In this document: positions 20,186 through 31,571 of the stretch, piece by piece
Layout: each line of letters opens with the position of its first letter
Numbering within the stretch: position 1 is the first letter of the stretch
Assembly (NCBI GenBank): GCA_963785725.1
Contig: CAWAWS010000033.1
Span: 128,001-192,000, forward strand
Length of the DNA: 64,000 bases
DNA from: an uncultured delta proteobacterium
GTDB lineage: Bacteria > Myxococcota_A > Polyangia > Palsa-1104
Direction of reading: 5' to 3'
Made by a program: the position numbers and the translations under genes
Notes under the pieces: generated by a model
What the model was told of the DNA's origin: nothing
The model's database searches: none
What the model saw: the letters and a program-made list of their open reading frames with translations, nothing else

Positions 20186-21181
20186 TCAATGGCCGGAATG
20201 GAGCGCGCGGAAGTCGGCCAGCCAGCCCAGCACTTGCGCCAGCGTCTCGTCGGAGACGACGCGCGCCGCCGGTCGCATCGCCTGCGCGGCGTCGTAGAAT
20301 TCGGCGCGCAGGTGCGGGTTGTCCGGCAGCGTCGTCACGCCCTGCTTTTGTAGGAGGCCGCCGAGCAGCGCTTCGTCTTCGCGGCGGCCGATCTCTTCGA
20401 TGCGGTGGTTGAGCTTGCCGCTGACCGACTTCACCTGGCGCTGCACGTCGGCGGGCAAGGCGTCGAAGGCGCGCGCGGCGACGATGAAGCAGCCCGAACG
20501 AAAGCTCAACCGCAGCGGCATGACGTAGCGAACTTGGGCCGACCACTGAAACGCCAAGGCGGCGCTGGGGATGGTGATGAAGCCGTCGAATTTGTGCTCG
20601 TCGTAGGCGCGCGCGGCGTCGGCCAGCGACGTGCGCACGATGGTGAGGCCGAGCGCCTTCGCTTGCATCGGCAGGACGTCATCGCTGGCCCAGATCCACC
20701 AGCGCATGCGCCGCATCGTCGCCAAGTCGCGCACCGGCTCGCGCGAGAACAGCTGCTCGGCGCCGAGGCCGGCTTCGCCGAAGTTGATGAAGCCGGCGCG
20801 CAGGAACTCGGCGTCGACGGTCTGGCGCAGCATGCCGAGCACGTGCGCGTTCTCCTGCCGATTCTGGAAGACGCCGATGACGCGGCCGACCTTGAGCGTC
20901 GGCGCCAGCTGCGTGCACAGCTCGGAGCCGATGGCGCCGTCGAGCTGGTCGCGGCGGATGCGATCGAGCACCGTCGCCTCGTCGCCGGCGATGCCGCCGA
21001 AGTACAGCTTCACGCGCAGCGCGCCTTCGGTGACCTCCTCGACGTCGCGCGCCCAGGCGCGCAGCTCGCGTGCCCAGCTCGTGCCTTCGGGCGCGACGGT
21101 GGCGATGCGCAAGACCGCCGGCTCGGCCGCGGCGTTCGTCGTCGCCAGCGTCGCCAGTGCGACGAGAAGGCCGAGGCGCAT
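20186..21181 (-). CDS. dctP: TRAP transporter substrate-binding protein, DctP family
   Basis: Signal peptide; LRIATVAPEGTSW, VKLYFGGIAGDE, LDRIRRDQLDG, ALAFQW. Confidence 0.85.
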   Translation of the reverse strand: MRLGLLVALATLATTNAAAEPAVLRIATVAPEGTSWARELRAWARDVEEVTEGALRVKLYFGGIAGDEATVLDRIRRDQLDGAIGSELCTQLAPTLKVGRVIGVFQNRQENAHVLGMLRQTVDAEFLRAGFINFGEAGLGAEQLFSREPVRDLATMRRMRWWIWASDDVLPMQAKALGLTIVRTSLADAARAYDEHKFDGFITIPSAALAFQWSAQVRYVMPLRLSFRSGCFIVAARAFDALPADVQRQVKSVSGKLNHRIEEIGRREDEALLGGLLQKQGVTTLPDNPHLRAEFYDAAQAMRPAARVVSDETLAQVLGWLADFRALHSGH

Positions 21182-21259
21182 GGACTTCGATTGTAACGGA
21201 TCGCGCGTGGCGTTGCCGCAGCATTTGACAGCACGGCGAAGCGGTCTCATCGTGGGCGC

Positions 21260-21958
21260 ATGGCCACCGACGACGCGCCCAAGCCGACGGCGCTCTTGCA
21301 CTTGCGCGACGAGCGGGAGCGGGTGATCGCCCGGCTCTCCGATGCGTTCGCGCGCGATCTGCTGACCGTCGAAGACTTCGAAGAGCGGCTCGGCCTGGCC
21401 CATCGCGCGATGACGACGGCGGAGCTGGTGCCGCTCGAGCGCGACTTGGGCGACCTCGTGCCCGCGGCCAAGCCCGCGCCCACGACGGCGCTGGTGCCGG
21501 CGGCCGACGTCCGCGATCAGCGCACCCTCGTCGCCATCATGGGCGGCGTCAGCCGTTCCGGCGGCTGGGTGCCCGCTCGTCACACCAAAATCTACACCTG
21601 CATGGGCGGCGTCGAGCTCGACTTCCGCGACGCCATGATGCCGCCCGGCGTCACCGAGATCACGGTCTACGCGATGTGGGGCGGCGTCTCGATCATCGTG
21701 CCGCCGCAGCTCGCCGTCGAGATCGAAGGCATCGCCATCATGGGCGGCTTCGATCATACGTTGCGCGCGCCGGCGCAGCTCGATCCCGATCGGCCGCGGC
21801 TGCGCATCGGCGGCGTCGTCGTCATGGGCGGCGTGCAGATCGAGACGCGCTTGCCCGGCGAGACCGAAGGGGACGCGCGGCGGCGCCGTCGCCACGAGCG
21901 CCGCGCCCTGCGCAAAGCGGCGCGCCAGGGGCTGTTGCCGCCGGGCACGCCGCAGTAA
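21260..21958 (+). CDS. DUF1707 (SHOCT-like) plus LiaF/DUF2154-like beta-repeat protein
   Basis: ERERVIARLSDAFARDLLTVEDFEERL; repeated AIMGGV / CMGGVELDFR / MWGGVSIIVP. Confidence 0.85.
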   Translation: MATDDAPKPTALLHLRDERERVIARLSDAFARDLLTVEDFEERLGLAHRAMTTAELVPLERDLGDLVPAAKPAPTTALVPAADVRDQRTLVAIMGGVSRSGGWVPARHTKIYTCMGGVELDFRDAMMPPGVTEITVYAMWGGVSIIVPPQLAVEIEGIAIMGGFDHTLRAPAQLDPDRPRLRIGGVVVMGGVQIETRLPGETEGDARRRRRHERRALRKAARQGLLPPGTPQ

Positions 21959-21973
21959 CGGCGACCGCGGCGC

Positions 21974-22140
21974 GCTAAATCAGGGTGCGCGATTTTCGAT
22001 CGCTTCGCGCTCGAGAATCGCGCCCTGATTTAGCCTCGATCAATGAGGGCGTGCCGCCCTCCCCGAATGGGCAGAGCCCATTCGGGTCCTCTCCCTCTAC
22101 CCGGCGCAACTCCGCGCCGACGCGAGCTTCGCTCGCTCGA
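21974..22140. repeat. Cluster of REP-like hairpins / possible bidirectional terminator
   Basis: gctaaatcaggg..cgcgattttcga / tcgagaatcgcg-ccctgatttagc (21974-22034); cccgaatgggc-aga-gcccattcggg (22062-22086); cgagc-ttc-gctcg; between convergent genes. Confidence 0.7.
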
Positions 22141-22174
22141 AAGTCGCAGCCTATCGGGAATGACGATCGGCCAT

Positions 22175-22489
22175 TTAGCCGGTGGCGGCGGCCGGCGCGT
22201 CGAGCGTCGCCAAGAGCTCCATGAAGCGCGATGGTCCGCAGCGGCGCACGATCGTGAGCGTGATGCCGCGCGCGCGCACGAGGCGGCGCGCCAAGAGCAC
22301 GGCGCCGTGGCTGTTGACGTCCGTGGCGATGATGAGCATGTCGACGCGGTTGATGAGGTTCTCCAAAGAGATGTTGCCGCGCGCGCCGACGTGGCCGGTG
22401 TGGAACTCGACCTCGTGCCCGGCTTGCTGCGCCATCTGCTTGTAGGACCACTCGTTGCGATCGAGCCCGCCAACCATTCCAATGCGCAT
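22175..22489 (-). CDS. DUF2325-domain protein
   Basis: MRIGMVGGLDR...FHTG...VDMLIIATDVNSHGAV; GAGG RBS. Confidence 0.85.
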   Translation of the reverse strand: MRIGMVGGLDRNEWSYKQMAQQAGHEVEFHTGHVGARGNISLENLINRVDMLIIATDVNSHGAVLLARRLVRARGITLTIVRRCGPSRFMELLATLDAPAAATG

Positions 22490-22743
22490 TCGGACCTCGC
22501 CTGCACCGTATTATTTCGGCGCATTCCCAGTATGCGAGACGCAATGTTTCCGACGGGGGAACTCGGTGGATAATGTTTATTTCCGGCGCGAATCGAATAG
22601 TCACGAAACACAAAAAATAGCGTCTCGAAGGGATTGACAAGCTGCGTCATTGCACTTAGTTAGGGGTTGTTGTCTCGCCCAAGTGACAGTCAGCGCCACT
22701 GTCGCGTCGATTTTTCCCGCCCGTCATGCTCGACTGAGCGCAG

Positions 22744-23076
22744 ATGCCGATGACGACAGACGAGCCGCTCTTCGTCGACGTGATGGTGACGCCGAATCCG
22801 TCGAGCGGCGACGAGGAGCTGCTGTTGCGCTTCAAGTCCGAAGAGCCGGCGCGCAGCATCGGCGAGGTCTTTCTCGACGGTCGTTGGTGCGCGGTCAGCG
22901 GCTGGGACGAAGGCGGAGTGGCCGTCGGAGCGCAGGCGCTGCTGGTCGAGGATTCGGGCAGCGGCACAGCGCTGCTGGTCTGCGGCGCGCGTTGGGGCGT
23001 GCGTATCTCGCCGCCGGATGCGTCGCCTTATGGTGAGACGCATTTGCTGCTCGATCCGACGACGCCAATTCGTTGA
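22744..23076 (+). CDS. Hypothetical protein
   Basis: 110-aa acidic ORF with normal codon bias; TTGACA at 22634 upstream. Confidence 0.6.
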   Translation: MPMTTDEPLFVDVMVTPNPSSGDEELLLRFKSEEPARSIGEVFLDGRWCAVSGWDEGGVAVGAQALLVEDSGSGTALLVCGARWGVRISPPDASPYGETHLLLDPTTPIR

Positions 23077-23218
23077 CGCCGCGCTGACCTGCACCGCCGT
23101 ACAAAGGCGATGCCCGACGACAATCGACGACGCTGACGGCCCCACGCCTGACGACGCCCCGGAAATGGCGCGGCGGAGGCGGTGCTCGCTGTGATAAGAT
23201 TGCGCTCGGGGGAACTGT

Positions 23219-26272
<3,054 letters not shown>

Positions 26273-26309
26273 CGATCGGTCGCGCGCGCATGTTCACGGC
26301 ATCTCCCGA

Positions 26310-26354
26310 CGAACGACTGCGACCAGCCGCTTCGTTGGCTGCGGCAGTCGTTCG
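26310..26354. terminator. Hairpin between convergent genes
   Basis: cgaacgactgc...gcagtcgttcg 11-bp perfect stem plus inner cagcc/ggctg; no U-tract. Confidence 0.5.
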
Positions 26355-26369
26355 CCGCCGCAACGCGCG

Positions 26370-26789
26370 CTACTTGTCGACCGCGACCAGCTCGACGTCG
26401 AAGATGAGGTCGGAGTTGGGCGGGATGCCGCCGGTGCCTTTTTCGCCGTACCCGAGCTTCGACGGGATGTGCAGCTGCCGCCGCTCGCCCACTTTCATGC
26501 CGGTGATGCCCTCGTCCCAGCCGGCGATGACTTGGCCCTTGCCGAGCCAAAAGCGCAGCGGCTGACCGCGATCGACCGAGCTGTCGAACTTGCTGCCGTC
26601 GGTGAGCCAGCCCGTGTAGTGGACGTGGACGATGTCGCCTTTGGCCGCGACGGCGCCGCTGCCGGCTTTGACCGGGAAATACTGCAGGCCCGACTTCGTC
26701 GTGATCGGCTTGCCGGTGACCGGCGTGGGATCGGCGAAAGCAACGGGCATCAAGAGCGCGAAAGCCAGAGCGGCACAAATCGAACGCAT
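26370..26789 (-). CDS. Secreted FKBP-type peptidyl-prolyl cis-trans isomerase
   Basis: VHYTGWLTDGSKFDSS, GQVIAGWDEGITGMKVGERRQLHIPSKLGYG, IPPNSDLIFDVEL; AGGAGAGG RBS. Confidence 0.95.
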   Translation of the reverse strand: MRSICAALAFALLMPVAFADPTPVTGKPITTKSGLQYFPVKAGSGAVAAKGDIVHVHYTGWLTDGSKFDSSVDRGQPLRFWLGKGQVIAGWDEGITGMKVGERRQLHIPSKLGYGEKGTGGIPPNSDLIFDVELVAVDK

Positions 26790-26972
26790 GCGATTCCTCT
26801 CCTGAAAGTGGACCAAAAACCGAGGCCCGGGATGCTATCACGCGACGCCCGCATTGACCGGCGCGGCCCAAGCGGTGCCCAAAACGAGAGCCGAGACGAG
26901 CCCCAAAACGAGGCGGTTTTCCGACGCTGCGCCTTGATGCGTGTGGCACCCAATGATACGTTGCTGACGCAA

Positions 26973-27677
26973 ATGGCTGCGACCAAGCGATACGCGATGG
27001 TGCTAGTGGCTTTACTCGGGTCGATGGCGATCCCGGTCTTGGCGCGAGCGCAAACGCCGCGGGCGTCGTCGGCGAAGATTCAGTTCGACAAGGGCCAGAC
27101 GTTCTTCGATATGGGCCAGTACGAGCGCGCCATTCACGAGTTCGAGATTGGCTATCGCTTGCAGCCGCTGCCGCTGTTCTTGTTCGATATCGCCAACGTC
27201 GCGCGCGTCGCCGGATTGAACGACAAGGCGATCGAATATTTCCGCAAGTATCTGCAGGCGACGCAGGGCGCCGACGAGGCCGACGCGCCCGAGCGCGGCG
27301 AGGCGCGGCGTCGCTTGGCCGAGCTGAAGTCGCAGCCGGGCGGCCACGGCGGCAAGCCCAACGCGGCCAAGCGCGCCGACGTCCATCGGCTCGTCGACGA
27401 GATGGACGCCGCGCTCGACGCGCCGGAGAAGACGGCCGCGCCCGCGCCGGCGACCACGACCGAGCCGGCGCCGGCCGCGGCGGCGCCCGTGCTCGTCGCA
27501 GCGCCCGCGCCCGCCAGCGAAAAGCCGGCGACGCCGGTCTACAAGAAGTGGTGGCTGTGGACGATCGTCGGCGTCGTGGCCGTCGGCGCCGGCGTCGGTC
27601 TCGGCGTCGGGCTCACGGCTTCCAAGCCTTACACGTATCCCAACCTCAAGACCTCGCTCGGCAGCTTTCGCTTCTGA
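26973..27677 (+). CDS. Exported TPR protein with C-terminal PVYKKWWLWT membrane tail (module A)
   Basis: Signal peptide; AKIQFDKGQTFFDMGQYERAIHEFE TPR; PVYKKWWLWTIVGVVAVGAGVGLGVGL; ends SLGSFRF. Confidence 0.85.
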   Translation: MAATKRYAMVLVALLGSMAIPVLARAQTPRASSAKIQFDKGQTFFDMGQYERAIHEFEIGYRLQPLPLFLFDIANVARVAGLNDKAIEYFRKYLQATQGADEADAPERGEARRRLAELKSQPGGHGGKPNAAKRADVHRLVDEMDAALDAPEKTAAPAPATTTEPAPAAAAPVLVAAPAPASEKPATPVYKKWWLWTIVGVVAVGAGVGLGVGLTASKPYTYPNLKTSLGSFRF

Positions 27678-27692
27678 GCGACGGGAGGATTC

Positions 27693-28694
27693 TTGCGGAT
27701 CGCTTACTGCGCCCTCGCTTTGTTGACCGCCATCGGCTGCTCGTCGTCGGGCGAGCTCGTGCACGTCACCGTCATGGACGGCTCGTTGCCGGCGACGACC
27801 AAGATCATCGCCGCCACCATCCTCATCAACGGCAAGACCGAGCTGCATGATTTCCCGGTGGCCGCCGGCGCGACCACGCTCGACTTCGGCGTCGGCGTGC
27901 CGTCCAAGGACGTGGGCTCGATAGTCACCGTCACCGTGCAGCTCGAGGACGCGACCAATCAGTCGCTCGGCAGCGGCACCGGCAGCGCCACGATCGTCAA
28001 GGGCATCACCGAGCTCACCGTCACCATCGGCGGCGGCGGCGGCGACACGCTGTGCGGCAACATCACGGCGCCCGCGCTCTGCGACGGCTTCGAGACTGGC
28101 CCGGCCGCGTTCTGGAACGCGCCCTTGAGCGCGGGCGCCACGTCGAGCACGACCACCGACACGACGCACGCCTTCCGCGGCACGCACTCCTTGCACGTCA
28201 CCAACGACGCCGTCGACGCGGCCGGCGAGCTCGTCTTCGCGACGCTCGACGAGACCAAGTTCTTGCCGACGAGCCTCTTCGTGCGCGCCTATTTGTACGT
28301 TCCGTCGGGCTTTCCGACCCAGCCGGGCGGCATCTTCAATTACGAGCAGGCCGCTTCGCCGTTCCAGCAGATCGTGCTCGATCTCGACTCGCAGTCGTTC
28401 ACGGTCTTCGACAGCATCGACTCGTCGTCGCAGCACGCGACGGGCGAGGTCATCCCCTATGACCAGTGGTTCTGCGTCGAGTGGTCGGTCGTCGAGGGAC
28501 AAAAAGGCGCGACCTCGGTCAAGGTCAACGACACGCCGCTGGCCGGGCTCGACCTGGCCGTGAACACGATGGCGTCGCCGGCGTACGATCAGCTGGCGCT
28601 CGGCCTCATCAGCACCGTCGCCAACACGCCGGCGCGCGAGCTGTGGATCGACGAAGTCATCATCGACAGCTCGGCGATCGGCTGCGCGAAGTAA
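27693..28694 (+). CDS. Lipoprotein with N-terminal beta-sandwich and C-terminal jelly-roll/lectin-like domain (module A)
   Basis: Lipobox TAIGC; GGAGG RBS before TTG; LCDGFE, QWFCVEW, LWIDEVIIDSSAIGC. Confidence 0.8.
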   Translation: MRIAYCALALLTAIGCSSSGELVHVTVMDGSLPATTKIIAATILINGKTELHDFPVAAGATTLDFGVGVPSKDVGSIVTVTVQLEDATNQSLGSGTGSATIVKGITELTVTIGGGGGDTLCGNITAPALCDGFETGPAAFWNAPLSAGATSSTTTDTTHAFRGTHSLHVTNDAVDAAGELVFATLDETKFLPTSLFVRAYLYVPSGFPTQPGGIFNYEQAASPFQQIVLDLDSQSFTVFDSIDSSSQHATGEVIPYDQWFCVEWSVVEGQKGATSVKVNDTPLAGLDLAVNTMASPAYDQLALGLISTVANTPARELWIDEVIIDSSAIGCAK

Positions 28695-28723
28695 TCGTCC
28701 ATTTCATGCGATAATAGGGGCCG

Positions 28724-30328
28724 ATGAAGTTCGGGCGCTATCGGCTGATCGAACGCATAGGCGAAGGCGGCATGGCCGACGTCTATCGCGCCGAGGTGCT
28801 GGGCCCGAAGGGCTTCTCGCGCCAGCTGGCCATCAAGCGCATCCACACGCTGTTCGCGCGCGAGCTCGACTTCATCAACATGCTGGGCACCGAAGCGCGG
28901 GTGACGGCGCTCTTGAATCATCCGGCGATCGTGCAGGTCTACGAGTTCGGTCACGTCGACGACGAGCTCTACCTGGCGATGGAGCTGGCCGAAGGTCCCG
29001 ACTTGGGACGGCTGTTGATGGCCGCCGAAGAGCGCAAGATCGCCATGCCCGTGGGCGTGGCCTGCTACATCATCGGGCAGCTCGCCGACGCGCTCGCGTA
29101 TGCGCACGCGCTGCACGACAGCGACGGGCGGCCGCTCAACATCATCCATCGCGACGTGACGCCCTCGAACATCGTCATCAGCCACGTCGGCGGCGTCAAG
29201 CTGCTCGACTTCGGCATCGCGCGCGCCGCCTCGCACCTGCGCAACGAGCGCACGCGCACCGGCGTCTTGAAGGGCAAGATCAGCTACCTGTCGCCGGAGC
29301 AGATCGACGCGCAGGAGATCGATCATCGCACCGACGAGTTCGCGCTCGGCATCGTGTTCTACGAGTGCCTGACGTTGGCGCGGCCGTACAAAGGCGTCAT
29401 TCGCCAGGAGAGCTTGGCGGCGCCGTCGTCGCTGCGGCCGGACGTCGACAGCGACGTCGACGCCGTGGTCATGAAGATGCTGTCGGCGGCGCCGAACGAC
29501 CGCTTCGCCGATTGCGCCGAGGTGGCGACGGCGCTGTCGCCGCTGTCGCGCCGGCTCGGCGGTGACGCGCTGGCGCTGCGCGATTGGCTGACGACGCTGG
29601 GCCCACTGCCGAGCAAGGCCGAGCCGATGCCGTCGGAGCCGGTCGAGCCGACGCGCCCGGCCGAGACGGTGCCGAGCGTGCGGCGCAATCAGGCGGGCAG
29701 CTCGGTGACCGATCCGTCGGGCGAGATTCGCGGCGTCGAGCCGAAGCCGTCGTCGCGCATGCGGCCGCTGACGTGGCTCATGCTGGCGGCGACGGTGGGC
29801 TTGGCGATCGGCGTCACCGCGCACTTTTGGCTGCGCGCGCCGGCGATCGTGCCGGCGACGCCGAGCATTGGGCCCGTGGTCGCCAGCGCGCCGACGGGCG
29901 CGACGCAGCGGCCGCCGACGCCGACCAGCGCGCCGACGACTGTTCCGACGATCGCGCCGCCGACCGTCGCGCCCACGCCGCCGGTCGCCGCGCCGCAGCC
30001 GGTCGCGCCGCAGCCGGTCGCGGTCGAGCCGCCGCAGCCGGTCGCGCCGGCGGAAGTGCGGCTCGCCGTCGACGGGACGGCCGGCGCCGAGGCGCTCATC
30101 GACGGTCACTTGATCGGGCAGCTGCCGCTCGACGTGCGCTTGCCGCGGGCCGATTCGGAGCGCCACCTCGTCGTGCGCAAGAATGGCTACAAGCCGTGGT
30201 CGCGCTCGCTGGCGTCGAACACCGATGTCACCTTGCGCGCGATCTTGAAGCCGATCGGTCGCGCGCACGAGCCGCCCCGCGAGCGCGAATCGGCGCCGCC
30301 GGTCGTCCGCAATCCCTTCAGCCGCTAA
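28724..30328 (+). CDS. Membrane Ser/Thr kinase with Pro/Thr stalk, PEGA-like domain and NPF tail (module A)
   Basis: IGEGGMADVY, LAIK, HRDVTPSN, DFGIAR, GKISYLSPEQ; TM; VVRKNGYKPW; ends VVRNPFSR. Confidence 0.92.
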   Translation: MKFGRYRLIERIGEGGMADVYRAEVLGPKGFSRQLAIKRIHTLFARELDFINMLGTEARVTALLNHPAIVQVYEFGHVDDELYLAMELAEGPDLGRLLMAAEERKIAMPVGVACYIIGQLADALAYAHALHDSDGRPLNIIHRDVTPSNIVISHVGGVKLLDFGIARAASHLRNERTRTGVLKGKISYLSPEQIDAQEIDHRTDEFALGIVFYECLTLARPYKGVIRQESLAAPSSLRPDVDSDVDAVVMKMLSAAPNDRFADCAEVATALSPLSRRLGGDALALRDWLTTLGPLPSKAEPMPSEPVEPTRPAETVPSVRRNQAGSSVTDPSGEIRGVEPKPSSRMRPLTWLMLAATVGLAIGVTAHFWLRAPAIVPATPSIGPVVASAPTGATQRPPTPTSAPTTVPTIAPPTVAPTPPVAAPQPVAPQPVAVEPPQPVAPAEVRLAVDGTAGAEALIDGHLIGQLPLDVRLPRADSERHLVVRKNGYKPWSRSLASNTDVTLRAILKPIGRAHEPPRERESAPPVVRNPFSR

Positions 30329-30348
30329 GCATTACTCATTCGTGTCGA

Positions 30349-31398
30349 TTATGAGGTCGTAGCCCAGTAGCGGGCCCAATCGATCTGCATCGTGGCGTCT
30401 TTGGCCGGGTAATTCGCGGCGCCGCCGTTGCCGAACCAGTGTGTGCTGGGATGCCAGACGTTGAACAGCCACTGCGTGGCCAACTTCGGAATGAGCGCTT
30501 TATTGGTGAACGTCCAGAGCGTGATCTCTTTGTTATCGAGGACGATGAAATAGCGGATCGAGTCGCTGTGCCATTCGAAGCCCATTTCGTAGAACGCGTT
30601 GGGATCGAAGAAGCCGGGGTACATGAAGTCGGGGTCGCTGACGCTGGGGCCGAGGTCGTAGCTGTTGTCGGCGGTCGATTCCTGGTAGCTGCCGGTGGCC
30701 AGGTCGACGGCGCGCGTCCACTTGCGGAAGTTGCCGTTGTCGTCGGTGTATTCGGACCAAATCGTCAACGACAGGACGCTCGGCGTGCCGCACAAGATCT
30801 CGATGTCGATCTCGGAGTTGTCGATGAGGCCGTCGCCGTCGTGGTCGGTGCCGTCGTTGAAGTAGGTGAAGTTGCCGTTGACGACGTCTTCGGTGGACGC
30901 GCAGGCGGCGAGGCGGACGCGCGAGCGATATTGGCCGTACTGGAAGTTGGTGGCTTTGGCGTCGATCTCGGTGGCGAAGTCGGTGCCGGCGTGATCGGTG
31001 GGGCCGTAGGTCGTCGAGCCGGGGAAGACGAGCTGGCCGACGAGCTGGTCGACGGCGTTGGCGCTGGCGAGGCCGAACGTAATCTGCGATGCCGCCGTGT
31101 CTTGGGTCGTGAAGAGGCTGCTGTCGGCGGCGATGAGCTGCGTCGACCAGGTCGGCGCGCCGGTGGGCGTCGTGTCGCCGGCGATGCCGCCGTCGGTCGT
31201 CGTGCCGCCGTCGGTCGTCGTGCCGGTGCCGCCGGCGTTGCCGGTGCCGCCGGCGTTGCCGGTGCCGCCGGCGTTGCCGCTGCCGCCGGCGCTGCCGCTG
31301 CTCATGTCGTTGCCGTCGACGTGGTGACCGGCGCTGCCGCCGCAGCCGACGCTACAGCTGACGACGAGCGGAATCAGCCACGTACGCGCAAATCGCAA
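30349..31398 (-). CDS. GH16-family glycoside hydrolase lipoprotein
   Basis: GGAGG RBS plus TTG; lipobox SVGC; FQYGQYRSRV, catalytic SEIDIEIL (ExDxE), FYEMGFEW, MQIDWARY; EF-hand-like DHDGDGLID. Confidence 0.85.
   Translation of the reverse strand: MRFARTWLIPLVVSCSVGCGGSAGHHVDGNDMSSGSAGGSGNAGGTGNAGGTGNAGGTGTTTDGGTTTDGGIAGDTTPTGAPTWSTQLIAADSSLFTTQDTAASQITFGLASANAVDQLVGQLVFPGSTTYGPTDHAGTDFATEIDAKATNFQYGQYRSRVRLAACASTEDVVNGNFTYFNDGTDHDGDGLIDNSEIDIEILCGTPSVLSLTIWSEYTDDNGNFRKWTRAVDLATGSYQESTADNSYDLGPSVSDPDFMYPGFFDPNAFYEMGFEWHSDSIRYFIVLDNKEITLWTFTNKALIPKLATQWLFNVWHPSTHWFGNGGAANYPAKDATMQIDWARYWATTS
31190..31300 (-). repeat. Coding tandem 18-bp repeats (GNAGGT / TTTDGG linker)
   Basis: gccgccggcgttgccggt and gccgccgtcggtcgtcgt units. 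Confidence 0.8.
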
Positions 31399-31571
31399 GA
31401 TCGAGCCTCCACGCACGCCAGGCTCAGCAAACGGCGGTCCAGCGGCGCGCCCACTTCGTGCATTGCACAACCGTGCGGCGCAGCGACTTCCGCGCGCACC
31501 CAGGCGTGACGCTGGGAGCGCGCGCCCCGATTGTCTCACCAGCGGGACAATCGCTGGCCTGCGCGCGCGCC

